A stretch of 59,831 nt of DNA from a virus (lineage: Duplodnaviria; Caudoviricetes): positions 1-59,831 of the IMG/VR virus record IMGVR_UViG_3300007345_000037, one strand, 5' to 3'. The position numbers and the translations under genes are program-made. Positions within the stretch are counted from its first letter, which is position 1; each line of letters opens with the position of its first letter. The notes beneath the pieces are model-generated. The model did not search any database. It was not told the DNA's origin and was given only the letters and a program-made list of their open reading frames with translations. This document shows positions 1 through 9,039 of this stretch, piece by piece.

Positions 1-42
1 GTTCCAATCGTGCAATTCTTTTTCATCATTAAACGAGTCACT

Positions 43-206
43 GAAAGAATAAAACGCTACACTACGAGCCTGTTCCCTAATTCTTTCAATACTTCATAGG
101 TGTTTTAGTAAAGGCTCCTATCTTAGTTAATACTTCTTTTCTTAAACCTCTATGAAACAAAAAAAGAATTAACACATTTGGGCGCAGTACAGCGTTTATT
201 TCTTTC
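43..206. repeat. AT-rich nested dyad-symmetry element (candidate replication origin or protein-loading site)
   Basis: Imperfect inverted repeats 43-66/183-206 (GAAAGAATAAAACGCTACACTACG vs revcomp GAAAGAAATAAACGCTGTACTGCG) and 78-108/141-171 share one centre at about 124.5. It lies directly upstream of the operon containing MCM. Origin function is inferred. Confidence 0.7.
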
Positions 207-230
207 TCGCATTCCCAAATCAACAAAAAC

Positions 231-243
231 AAAGCCCTTATAA
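231..243 (+). promoter_or_regulatory. Archaeal TATA-box promoter, probably leaderless
   Basis: CTTATAA about 29 bp upstream of ATG 266, the same spacing as at 4529, 15694 and 19042. Confidence 0.55.
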
Positions 244-265
244 CCCTACAAACCTACCATAAGAT

Positions 266-673
266 ATGGGCAAGCGAAACAACAACCGATTGGCAGAAAG
301 GGTATGGTCATTCATGGTCAACCACAACGATGCCATGACCACATCAACAATCCACCAGCACTACTCAGCAGTGTATGGCAACGAGTCTATACCTAAGCAA
401 CAGACCTTGACCCAAGTCCTTCTCAACTCCCGTATGTTCCGACGGGTCGGATGGTACAACGAAGTCACCAAGGAAACCTACCCGTTCACCGGAAGCATCA
501 GTGCGCTAAAACAATGGAAGGGTGTTCCAAGCACCAACCTCGTTTGTGTCTTAGAGGCCCGTACAATGGACGAAATCACGGCACCCTACCTCGACCCCAC
601 CCGTTCCCCAATCCGACGCTTAGACCGTATGCCAAAGTTCGTTAGAGAGTATGTCAAGGAGGCTTTACAATGA
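266..673 (+). CDS. Hypothetical protein, possible winged-helix DNA-binding protein
   Basis: 135-aa ORF, first gene after the dyad element. The N-terminal helical pattern (MTTSTIHQHY...QQTLTQVLL..RMF) loosely resembles a wHTH. Confidence 0.6.
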   Translation: MGKRNNNRLAERVWSFMVNHNDAMTTSTIHQHYSAVYGNESIPKQQTLTQVLLNSRMFRRVGWYNEVTKETYPFTGSISALKQWKGVPSTNLVCVLEARTMDEITAPYLDPTRSPIRRLDRMPKFVREYVKEALQ

Positions 674-1425
674 GCGGACACATACAGTTCTTGGACATTG
701 ATGTTTTTCACAATGAATCGTTCACGATGTTCAACCCCAAGAAGGTGTACCTTTATGTCGAAGGTGAGTACGGCTTCATCCCTCTCATCTGTGGCAAGGC
801 TATCGAAGGCGACGGTACCGAAGTGGCGACAATCACTTCCCGATACCAAAACATTGAGGCATTCAACAGACTACCAAAGCCCAATGATATTGGGTGGCGC
901 ATCACACAAGTGACAGAAGATATTTGTTTTATCGCAATAACAAATTGGTACCCGAACAGTGACGGTAAAGGTGAACCCAACGCAGACCTTTGGAAGAACT
1001 CATACCCAATGATGTACAGTCTTTTGCGCTACTTGAAGATGGAGGGCTGTGAACAAATATGCACAATTACTTCGATGAACATTCTCGACGCAGAACAGAA
1101 TCCAGCCATCAATGTGCATACGAGTGACAATGATTGGGAGGGGCTGTTCTCCGACGAAGACTCATACCTCGCCCTGCCTGCGTGGGCCTTCCCAATGCTT
1201 GCCGATAAAATGGGTATGCAAGGCAAGGCCGTAGTAGCCTCGCAAGACGAAGGTCAATTCATCGACATTGAGGCTCTCAAGAAAATGACGATTTACCTAC
1301 AACTATCCGGCCTCCCGTGGTGCGATAAAGAAATGGAAAAAACAATCTCAACACTAATGTCTGTCGAAACCGAACTTTCAAGTCAAGGCTTTGACGAAGA
1401 CACATCAATGGGGGAGTTCCAATGA
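670..1425 (+). CDS. Putative PAC2-family (proteasome assembly chaperone-like) protein
   Basis: 251 aa. The spacing of GEYGFIPLICG, VATITS, LLRYLKMEGCEQICTI, ADKMGMQG and FIDIEAL resembles the PAC2/PbaA/PbaB fold. ATGA overlap with the upstream gene. Confidence 0.45.
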   Translation: MSGHIQFLDIDVFHNESFTMFNPKKVYLYVEGEYGFIPLICGKAIEGDGTEVATITSRYQNIEAFNRLPKPNDIGWRITQVTEDICFIAITNWYPNSDGKGEPNADLWKNSYPMMYSLLRYLKMEGCEQICTITSMNILDAEQNPAINVHTSDNDWEGLFSDEDSYLALPAWAFPMLADKMGMQGKAVVASQDEGQFIDIEALKKMTIYLQLSGLPWCDKEMEKTISTLMSVETELSSQGFDEDTSMGEFQ

Positions 1426-2756
1426 CGAAGATTATTGACCGAATACTAAACTTCGCAAAGGCAAACTACTATGTCGATGTTGAAGACAAAATCCCAATCT
1501 TTGTCACTTCGATTGGCGCACACATCTTCAATGGTATCAACAAGTGTAGCCGGTGTGACTTTGACCCTTTGCACAACGCAGACTTCAACATTCCTAACTG
1601 TCCCATGCGACATTCCTTCGCACCGATTTACACACCAATGTCACAACTCGCCGACACACGAGTTCACATCTTGATGCGTGGTGAGAAGGGTTCCGGTAAA
1701 AGTATGCTCATCAATATGTTCCTCGCAGAAGGTACAGGTTTGCTTTACACACCAACAGCGTTTGAAGACGGCTCCGGCTTCCGCACAATGCTCGGTCCCA
1801 ACTCCGTCACCGAGGCCGGTATGTTCGGCTCCGTCGATGAAGACGGCAACATCACAGGTCGCCCGTTGGCTCGTGATATGTGCGGAGGGTTTCTCGGTTT
1901 TGAAGAATCATCATCGCTCACTGATGCAAACAAGAAAGACCACAGCGTTGACATGAAGAATCAACTTCTCACTTCCCTTGACAATGGTCGGGTTGAGAAG
2001 GCGATGAGGATGGGTCGTGTACGATATAATACCCGCTATACTATGTGGGGCGGAACACAGCCGAGCCGACTTGAGATGGAGTCCGGTCTTGACCGCCGTC
2101 TGTTTATCATCGACATTGAGATGAGTCCCGAAAAAGAAGCGGCGTACAAGACGGCCCAGCACAAGCAGGTCAACATGACCCGTGAAGACCGAGCCATGCT
2201 CGCCGAAGAAGTCATTCACATTCGCAATTGGATTAACACACGGATGCTCGACGCAATCTTCGACCCTCCAAGTGGTGTTCACTTCTCGGAAGAGTTGGGT
2301 GCTTGGCTTGACCGACCGGACATTCGTTCCTTTGAGTCCGACTTGTTCCGACGCATCGCAATCGGCTACGCCATGATGTGTGATGATTGGGTAGGAAATC
2401 AAGTGCTGAACATAAGTCTTGACGAAAAATTACTCAAGATTCTTGAAGCCGCTCTTGTCATGCGACGCTCGGTTATGGACTCCGATGCACGACTCATCAA
2501 GGATGCGTTTTGGATGCAAGACATTACCAAGTCCACCTTGCTTAAGGAAATCGCCCGCATCATAACTCGTGGTGACTACACAGCGGCAAAGCGATGGATT
2601 GACGACAACCTCGTCAACCAACCGTGGTACTGTGAATATACCCCCAAGACTAAGGGGCGTGGTCGCAAAGGTGTCATGTGTCGAATAGGAACCTTAACAG
2701 ACCCAGCCCAAGTGGTACAGAAGTGGGGAGGTGAATCGGATGAGAAGTCAGCGTGA
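1422..2756 (+). CDS. mcm: MCM-family AAA+ replicative helicase (minimal form)
   Basis: Walker A HILMRGEKGSGKS, MCM-like SVTEAGMFGSV, Walker B GFLGFEE, LLTSLDNGRVEKA (equivalent to EAMEQQTISIAK) and arginine finger LDRR. Confidence 0.85.
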   Translation: MTKIIDRILNFAKANYYVDVEDKIPIFVTSIGAHIFNGINKCSRCDFDPLHNADFNIPNCPMRHSFAPIYTPMSQLADTRVHILMRGEKGSGKSMLINMFLAEGTGLLYTPTAFEDGSGFRTMLGPNSVTEAGMFGSVDEDGNITGRPLARDMCGGFLGFEESSSLTDANKKDHSVDMKNQLLTSLDNGRVEKAMRMGRVRYNTRYTMWGGTQPSRLEMESGLDRRLFIIDIEMSPEKEAAYKTAQHKQVNMTREDRAMLAEEVIHIRNWINTRMLDAIFDPPSGVHFSEELGAWLDRPDIRSFESDLFRRIAIGYAMMCDDWVGNQVLNISLDEKLLKILEAALVMRRSVMDSDARLIKDAFWMQDITKSTLLKEIARIITRGDYTAAKRWIDDNLVNQPWYCEYTPKTKGRGRKGVMCRIGTLTDPAQVVQKWGGESDEKSA

Positions 2757-3363
2757 GATTGAACAACGGCTTGCCAGCGAAGGCAACGCACTGAACATCG
2801 AAACCCTACGGTGGGTTCTCGACACTCCCGACTGTCCCATGTGTGGCATCTCTACCCGAAAGGAACTTGAGGTCGAAGTCCATGCTGGTCATGTGAGTCC
2901 GGCTTACCTTGAAGAGAAATACGCTTGGCCGGTTGGTACTGTCATGGAACACATGGACAACCATGTGGACTACGACCCCGAAGAAGCGAAGCACATGGAG
3001 AATATGCGCTACGAGTCCATCAACACGCTCGATGCGGCACAGGACATTGTGAGCAGGCTTCTCGGATGGCTTGACGAACTTGAGTCCATGAAGGACAGTC
3101 AAGGCGGTATCACTTCCGAGTGGGTCACTGATGCGGCAAAGTTGGTCGCACAGGCCAACACCTCGCTCCGACTCGTCGGACAACTCAAGAAAGAGATTGG
3201 TGTTGACTCGCAACTATTGTTAGCACAAAAACAAATGGATGGGGTCATGGGTGTTCTCGTGAATACGCTTCGTGATGAGCCTAAGTTGCTCGACATGATT
3301 GAACTACAAGTGGCGGCGTTGAAACCACCGTCGCACACTGTCGATGTTGATTGGGAGGACTGA
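2740..3363 (+). CDS. Zn-finger/HTH plus coiled-coil protein (possible small terminase-like DNA-binding protein)
   Basis: CPMC...HTH-like...HMDNH followed by long amphipathic helices. SD GAGGTGA precedes ATG 2740. Confidence 0.55.
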   Translation: MRSQREIEQRLASEGNALNIETLRWVLDTPDCPMCGISTRKELEVEVHAGHVSPAYLEEKYAWPVGTVMEHMDNHVDYDPEEAKHMENMRYESINTLDAAQDIVSRLLGWLDELESMKDSQGGITSEWVTDAAKLVAQANTSLRLVGQLKKEIGVDSQLLLAQKQMDGVMGVLVNTLRDEPKLLDMIELQVAALKPPSHTVDVDWED

Positions 3364-3365
3364 AC

Positions 3366-3647
3366 ATGATTGAATGGAGAAAGGGTCCGAAGAATACGCT
3401 GTTCGCTCGTCGCATTGAAAAGAGCGAGTACCCACAACTCATCAAAGCGATGATGGAGCATGGTACAATTTGTCTTCTTGAAGACAAGCCGACTTGGTAT
3501 TATGGTCCCTATATTATTCAAAGCGTTGTTGTTAGAAAGGTGTGGGGTCTAAGTCACGCACAGATGAACAACCTTAGAACTCACATTTTGGAACACGACC
3601 CGTTTGGAGGGACGAGATATGAGGGGCATAATTATCTTGACGAGTGA
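3366..3647 (+). CDS. Hypothetical protein
   Basis: ORF tightly packed in the operon, with GGAGG upstream. Confidence 0.6.
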   Translation: MIEWRKGPKNTLFARRIEKSEYPQLIKAMMEHGTICLLEDKPTWYYGPYIIQSVVVRKVWGLSHAQMNNLRTHILEHDPFGGTRYEGHNYLDE

Positions 3648-4290
3648 CGAAAGGGCGTATCGTATCGGTCAAGTTATCGAAACCCGTGGTATCGAATATG
3701 CACCGGTTGCTCCCGATACAACCTACATCATCCACGGTGTAAAGATTACCGAAAAAGAAATCAAGCGTTGGGTTGATGTTGTTTCCTATCGAATGGTTTT
3801 TGTCTTGGATAAGATGCCTAAATTGAGTAAAACAATTAAGGAACTAATAATCGTGGACAAGAGTCTTAAGGCTGGGCGTGATGGTTTCAAACGGGAAGTG
3901 GAGATGATGTTTCGCTGGGATGATAGGACGAGAGTGTTCAAGTCGATTCGTGGCGTATTACCAATCCCGCTTGCTCTCGCATTCCTCCGCCGCAATAAGA
4001 TTGAGGAAATAGAATTGTGGCGTATGTTGGCACAGACTTCGTACACGCTACCTGCCGAGTACACCGAATCGCTTTTGGCATACGGGTTGAAGTCTTCTCG
4101 TTCTCGTTGGGAGTGGCCCAAGAAGTCCAAGAAAAAGGAATCGCCGCCCGACGGGTTTCGTGAGAGTGACAAGTATTGGGAGAACATTATTGCCCTCGAT
4201 GGGAAGGTTCGCAACGACCTTCGCACTAAAGGAGAACCTCTCCCGAAGGGTGTCAAGAAAGGCAAGGAGAGTATCTTGGAATGGGTGTGA
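3619..4290 (+). CDS. Hypothetical protein, possible degenerate clamp-loader large subunit (RFC-L-like)
   Basis: The Lys-rich tail ending GVKKGKESILEWV resembles archaeal RFC-L C-termini with a PIP-like motif. No Walker A motif is seen. Confidence 0.4.
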   Translation: MRGIIILTSDERAYRIGQVIETRGIEYAPVAPDTTYIIHGVKITEKEIKRWVDVVSYRMVFVLDKMPKLSKTIKELIIVDKSLKAGRDGFKREVEMMFRWDDRTRVFKSIRGVLPIPLALAFLRRNKIEEIELWRMLAQTSYTLPAEYTESLLAYGLKSSRSRWEWPKKSKKKESPPDGFRESDKYWENIIALDGKVRNDLRTKGEPLPKGVKKGKESILEWV

Positions 4291-4514
4291 TGGACTTCCT
4301 ACTGTTTGCCGTCTTGGTCGCCTCTTTGGGTATGAATGGGTACCTCATGCTACGGTTGATTGAGCAGTGGGCCATCATCGAAAGCCGCCGAATACACACG
4401 AGTCCACGACAGCGACCGACCTTCGCCAATACGAATCCACCACACATGGATGCTCAAGAAGATGCGACGATGGCGGCGCAGGCGATGGATGCGCTGATGT
4501 GGTATGACTCATAA
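4281..4514 (+). CDS. Small membrane protein
   Basis: N-terminal hydrophobic helix FLLFAVLVASLGMNGYLML. Confidence 0.55.
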   Translation: MGVMDFLLFAVLVASLGMNGYLMLRLIEQWAIIESRRIHTSPRQRPTFANTNPPHMDAQEDATMAAQAMDALMWYDS

Positions 4515-4557
4515 CTGTTAGGGCAACATTAAATAAAACACTTCCGTGGGACAGGAC

Positions 4558-4962
4558 ATGAGCGCAACGAATCGTCGTGTACGACGGGCTATTCTCGAAA
4601 TACTTTGGGAAGGCGGACCAATGACGAAAGAAGATGTTGCCGTCGCTCTCGGTGAAAAGAAGGGAGTCAATCACATTCCTTCACCTCATTCCCTTTCCGC
4701 ACTGCTGTGCAAGTCCCATTCGGTGATTACCGTTGGCAAACGCAAGGTTGAGAATATCCTCGGCCATCGTTCATCTCACGCACTTTACGATTTGGACCGT
4801 GAAGTAGTATTATCGAAAGACGAAATCAAGTTCATCCGTGAACCTTCGACCATGACTCCATCGGAGCGCAGGCAAGCCATGAAATGTGTGGCTTGTGGTC
4901 GAACTCGCATCTTTCCTCCGAACTCCGAGGAATGTTTGCATTGTGGTCGAATATCCGTTTAG
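4558..4962 (+). CDS. wHTH plus C-terminal Zn-ribbon protein (putative transcription regulator)
   Basis: AILEILWEGGPMTKEDVAVAL wHTH-like start and CVACG...CLHCG. TATA TTAAATA lies about 29 bp upstream. Confidence 0.65.
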   Translation: MSATNRRVRRAILEILWEGGPMTKEDVAVALGEKKGVNHIPSPHSLSALLCKSHSVITVGKRKVENILGHRSSHALYDLDREVVLSKDEIKFIREPSTMTPSERRQAMKCVACGRTRIFPPNSEECLHCGRISV

Positions 4963-4986
4963 TCGGACCACCACAACCTTTATAAG
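4958..4986 (+). promoter_or_regulatory. TTTAGTCG-N13-TATA promoter
   Basis: TTTAGTCG at 4958-4965, then 13 bp, then TTTATAAG from 4979, upstream of ORF 5020. Confidence 0.7.
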
Positions 4987-5019
4987 CCCAGCCGTCTATG
5001 TATATTTAGAGGCAGGGAG

Positions 5020-5244
5020 ATGCGAGCAAAGACAGTACCACATGTTGAATACGAGATTTTGAAAGAGGTGTTAAACAACATACCTCTCGATGAAGTCGAG
5101 GCTAACATGGTGAACTGTCCGGTGACTGAAAAGCGTTTCACAACAGCGGCCAAGAATGTCGCTGTTTTGATTCGCAACCTTATGAACCGACGCCAGCATC
5201 GCCTGCCCCACACACACAATGATTACAAACAAAAGGAGGAATGA
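5020..5244 (+). CDS. Hypothetical protein
   Basis: ATG with GGGAG SD, downstream of the promoter at 4958. Confidence 0.65.
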   Translation: MRAKTVPHVEYEILKEVLNNIPLDEVEANMVNCPVTEKRFTTAAKNVAVLIRNLMNRRQHRLPHTHNDYKQKEE

Positions 5245-5711
5245 AACACATGACAGAAACACAAACAGAAACACCGCTACACGCCTTTTCCGGCCAACGC
5301 TCGGAAGCCGCTTTTATCTGCGGCGAATGCTTCACAACAATGGTCTGCGATGAAGGGGAGCATTGGTTTCACCGTTCTTGCGCCCATTCCAAACTTGGAC
5401 AATTTACTCCAATCATCAATTGGAGGAACACAAGGGATTGGCTCGATGCGGTCGTTAATCACTACGACCTCGGCGACTGTACCTTGAAAGACGAAGTGAT
5501 ACTGCTTTCCCAACTTTTGACGAACGAAATTAGAACGCATAACGGATTACAGAAAGTGCTTGATAGTCAAACTGAGCATTCGGGTTCTTCTGTTCTCACA
5601 GCACTACCGCAAAATGTATTGAGGTTCGACCGACTTTTGTTGCTCGCAGAATCGTCGCACCAAAAAATCAAGACGCTGGAAGGCGCAATCAAGTTCGGGG
5701 TGAGCCAATGA
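5241..5711 (+). CDS. Hypothetical protein with CxxC/His-Cys cluster
   Basis: GGAGG SD, CGEC...HRSC motif, overlapping stop/start codons. Confidence 0.6.
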   Translation: MKHMTETQTETPLHAFSGQRSEAAFICGECFTTMVCDEGEHWFHRSCAHSKLGQFTPIINWRNTRDWLDAVVNHYDLGDCTLKDEVILLSQLLTNEIRTHNGLQKVLDSQTEHSGSSVLTALPQNVLRFDRLLLLAESSHQKIKTLEGAIKFGVSQ

Positions 5712-6130
5712 GTGTCACACGAAGTCCATTCAAGGTCGGCGAGAAGTTGACCGTCGCCCAAATCAAGGAGTGTGCTGGTCGCACCGCTGTGCCATCCAAG
5801 ACCGGTGGTTTCATCGTCACCGCAGTTGTGCAAACAGCATACAAGTCCGGTGGGTACCTGTTCAACGCCGAGTCCGTGAGGGCTGTCAATGGTCGCAAGG
5901 TCGAAGTCGCTTGGCACCTCATACACCCACGCCGCCGAGCCAAGAACGGCAACCAAATGGTTTCAAGGAAACAATACTTCTCGGCCTTCCGTGTCATTGT
6001 ACCACAGGCAGAAGAGAAGCCTTATATGCCTCGCAGTGAAAGGGAACATGAAGCCCCCGTATCTAAGACGCAACCGGCTGGAACTCGTAAATACAAGGGT
6101 ATCGTACTCGCAGACTTTTTGGAGGAATGA
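5708..6130 (+). CDS. Hypothetical basic protein
   Basis: ATGA overlap with the upstream gene in the same operon. Confidence 0.6.
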   Translation: MSVTRSPFKVGEKLTVAQIKECAGRTAVPSKTGGFIVTAVVQTAYKSGGYLFNAESVRAVNGRKVEVAWHLIHPRRRAKNGNQMVSRKQYFSAFRVIVPQAEEKPYMPRSEREHEAPVSKTQPAGTRKYKGIVLADFLEE

Positions 6131-6278
6131 ACATGAACATAACAGTAAAAATTGACCTTGACATTGACCTTGACATTGACATTGATGAACTAATGGATAA
6201 CACCTTGCGTGACATAATTAAGAATGAGATTGAATCATGCTACATGGAAGACATTCTTGACTGCATTGAGGTGAGCGA

Positions 6279-6491
6279 ATGAGTTATTACACTATGATGG
6301 ACCTCGCTCTTTTCGTTGCTAACGATGTTTGGAAGTACGACCGTGATACTGTCGAACACATGTGTGATGAAAGTTCGTGCAAAGTAGTCATCGACTTCTT
6401 TGAAGCACACGAGGACAATTTCGCTTCCGACTGTTCCATGCAAATCAAATTCGCCGAACAATTTCAAGCACTTTTGGGGGCGGAAGAATGA
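6279..6491 (+). CDS. Small acidic hypothetical protein
   Basis: GAGGTGA SD, ATGA overlap. Confidence 0.6.
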   Translation: MSYYTMMDLALFVANDVWKYDRDTVEHMCDESSCKVVIDFFEAHEDNFASDCSMQIKFAEQFQALLGAEE

Positions 6492-6931
6492 GCGCAACAT
6501 TAAGTGATGCGTTGGGACTCGCCGCTGTTGTTGCGGCGCAGATAGGCAAGCGCATCCAATCCTCTCGACCGCTCATTGAGGAGTTGTGTGACGATTATGG
6601 CGTCGATACTGTCGTTTCATTCCTCGTGCATTGTGAACGGATTAACGGTTGGGACTGTTCCACGCAAATTGAATGGGCCAACAAAAGACGACCAAATAAC
6701 TTCTCCGCTCAAGTCACCAAAGTGCTTGAGGATTTGAAGTACCTCGGTCGCCTCGATTACAATACTTTTAAGAGTGTACTTTTCCCGCAGGCTACGGAAG
6801 ACTACCTTGACGAGAAGTGGCTTTTGTGGAACAAGGACAGGCTCGGATTCCTGTACTCGTGTTCTTCCGACAAGATACTGTTGCTTTGTGACTACATCGA
6901 AATCTGCAAGCATGGGGGGTGCGGTCAATGA
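6488..6931 (+). CDS. Hypothetical protein
   Basis: ATGA overlap, operon context. Confidence 0.6.
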   Translation: MSATLSDALGLAAVVAAQIGKRIQSSRPLIEELCDDYGVDTVVSFLVHCERINGWDCSTQIEWANKRRPNNFSAQVTKVLEDLKYLGRLDYNTFKSVLFPQATEDYLDEKWLLWNKDRLGFLYSCSSDKILLLCDYIEICKHGGCGQ

Positions 6932-7542
6932 TGCCGGAGATTCACTACAACACCTACACACAGGAAATCAAGCATCCTAAACCGTGGCAACTCGATGAAT
7001 ACGGTGAGCCGAATGTCAACGACTTTATCATCAGCGACCCTTGCTACTACATCAAGGACTCCGAATGGGGCGACTTCTGTGAGGTGTGGAACGCCGCCAC
7101 CGAAGGTCAAGGCTACGGCTCCAACATTGTCAAGTGGAAAGGCTTCGACCTCGTTATCCAATCGACGGGTGGCGACGGCTCATGGTCGTACAGCGGCTTG
7201 GAGCAGAAATTTTGGCATCGTGCTGGTACATCTCACTGTGCCGACACAGCATCCATTTGTTGCATCCCCTTTGCTCTTTGCGACACCGACCCCATGAAGA
7301 ATTACAAGGGCAACGGTATCATCGGTCACACTGACTACGGCATGGAAGACTACCCCGAAATCACTTGCGAGGGTGACTACACAGGAGTCGGTGAACCATT
7401 TGCTATTGACGGAAAAATACAGGATGGCTACACTCATTGTTGTGGTCAATATGTTGACGACGACCAATTTGAGTGGTGTGACAATGGTTCGTGCGAAGGC
7501 TGTTGGTCTTGCTTTGAATGCGACTGTGGGGATGATGAGTGA
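6919..7542 (+). CDS. Acidic Cys-rich hypothetical protein
   Basis: IISDPCY...TGGDG motif of a type seen in phage proteins of unknown function, with a Cys-rich C-terminus. True start is probably ATG 6928. Confidence 0.6.
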   Translation: MRSMMPEIHYNTYTQEIKHPKPWQLDEYGEPNVNDFIISDPCYYIKDSEWGDFCEVWNAATEGQGYGSNIVKWKGFDLVIQSTGGDGSWSYSGLEQKFWHRAGTSHCADTASICCIPFALCDTDPMKNYKGNGIIGHTDYGMEDYPEITCEGDYTGVGEPFAIDGKIQDGYTHCCGQYVDDDQFEWCDNGSCEGCWSCFECDCGDDE

Positions 7543-7678
7543 TGGCTGGAAAGGTAGTCAAGTTCTTTTTCAAGAGCGTACTGTCCTCTAAGGGACTCAT
7601 GCTTTGTCCGCTATGCGACGACGCTGTTATCGCAAAAGACGGTGAGCGAGCCTGCTACCACTGCACACTCGACGCATC

Positions 7679-7903
7679 TTGGGAAGTGGAAGTATGACCC
7701 GCTACAAGATTCTTGGACGCTGGACCGCTTGCTATCACTGCGGTAGGACTTATGAGTCGGGCCTACTTGGTCGTACAAAATGTCCTCACTGTGTCAAGTG
7801 TAAAACGCCCAACAAGTGCTTCCCTCAATTTGAGGCTAAACATCACTGCAAATTGTGCGCCGCACAGAAAGTGATTTACGATTTAACGGGGGAAGAAGAA
7901 TGA
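7679..7903 (+). CDS. Small Zn-finger protein
   Basis: CYHCG, CPHC and CKLC motifs. Confidence 0.6.
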   Translation: MGSGSMTRYKILGRWTACYHCGRTYESGLLGRTKCPHCVKCKTPNKCFPQFEAKHHCKLCAAQKVIYDLTGEEE

Positions 7904-8091
7904 TTGACACAGACAAATACGAAGGAAGCGAAGGCCGATACTTCACAGGTAAGATGGTTGATAACTACATGAACCTACAAGCAGAAGTCCAGCGGTTGCG
8001 TGAAGGTATCAAAGAGTTATCCGAAGATTGGCTACGATGGGATGAAAGAGGAATAAAGATGGCTAAAACACTAATGGAGTTGATTGAATGA
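7855..8091 (+). CDS. Small coiled-coil hypothetical protein
   Basis: Probable start ATG 7900 (MIDTDKY), ATGA overlap with the RFC gene. Confidence 0.5.
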   Translation: MRRTESDLRFNGGRRMIDTDKYEGSEGRYFTGKMVDNYMNLQAEVQRLREGIKELSEDWLRWDERGIKMAKTLMELIE

Positions 8092-8990
8092 CCGTTTGGG
8101 CTACTCACCACCGACCAACAAGTCTTACGGGAATAGTAGGACAAGACCAACTCGTCGCTGAACTACATCAAGTGGTTGTCGGGGAAATGCCGATGCAACA
8201 CTACATCTTCTTCTCGCCAATGGCCGGTACAGGAAAGACCTCAATGGCTATCGCTCTCGCAAAGGACTTAGGTTGGCAAATCGTGACCTTCAACGCATCT
8301 TCCAAGAGAGAGCGTGGGATTGAGTTCATTGAAGAAGTCATTATACCAATGACCCGAAGTGGTGTTAAGGAAAGAATCTTTTTGCTTGACGAGGCCGACC
8401 AACTGACCGATGCCGCACAGTCTGCTCTCAAAGGCGTTATTGAAAACGCTAACGGTTATTTCATTCTCACCTGCAACCGTCTTCCGAAGGTTTCACGCTG
8501 GCTACAAAGCCGATGCCAAGTGCGTACTTTTAGCCCAATACCAAATGAGGATATGGTTCAACAATTGACTAAAATTGCTGTTCAACACGCTCCCGATATT
8601 TCCAAGACTGCTGTCGAAGTTATCGCAAAAGGTCACGAAGGTGACTTGCGAAATGCGATTGGAGCATTACAGACCTACTGTGGTATGACAGGCAGAAACG
8701 CCGAAGCATTCCTTGACAGCCTCACTGCGCCCCACATCGACTTCTCTAAAATGTTGATAGTATGTTTTCGGGAAAAGAATCTTGAAACAGCAGTCAAGAT
8801 GTTGAAGGGTGATGTTCGGTACCAAATACGAGCGTGTTTCCAATACGCTGTCGAATCACCGGCAAAAGCACAGTCCAAGATGAAAGTCATTGAAGCGGCA
8901 ATCACTGCCGAGCGTGACATAATCAACGGTGTGGATGAAGAGGTAGTGCGCTACAACTTCGTTCGTATGTTGGTCGGAGGGAGCCAATAA
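8088..8990 (+). CDS. rfcS: Replication factor C small subunit (clamp loader)
   Basis: WATHHRP (equivalent to WVEKYRP), Walker A GTGKTS, NASSKRERGI, Walker B LLDEAD, SRC motif and GDLR. Confidence 0.93.
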   Translation: MTVWATHHRPTSLTGIVGQDQLVAELHQVVVGEMPMQHYIFFSPMAGTGKTSMAIALAKDLGWQIVTFNASSKRERGIEFIEEVIIPMTRSGVKERIFLLDEADQLTDAAQSALKGVIENANGYFILTCNRLPKVSRWLQSRCQVRTFSPIPNEDMVQQLTKIAVQHAPDISKTAVEVIAKGHEGDLRNAIGALQTYCGMTGRNAEAFLDSLTAPHIDFSKMLIVCFREKNLETAVKMLKGDVRYQIRACFQYAVESPAKAQSKMKVIEAAITAERDIINGVDEEVVRYNFVRMLVGGSQ

Positions 8991-8991
8991 C

Positions 8992-9002
8992 AACCTTTAT
9001 AT
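8992..9002 (+). promoter_or_regulatory. Archaeal promoter AACCTTTATAT
   Basis: The same AACCTTTATA motif, or a near match, recurs near 4975, 11887, 15690, 16051 and 19038, each upstream of a gene start. Confidence 0.7.
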
Positions 9003-9039
9003 CCCCACAACATGACGACAAAATACAGGAGAAATCTAC

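Noticed and set aside
6151-6186. Short tandem repeat ATTGACCTTGAC
   Set aside because: It encodes IDLDIDLDIDID in a small ORF (about 6133-6282). It is an in-frame low-complexity repeat with no evidence of a separate function.
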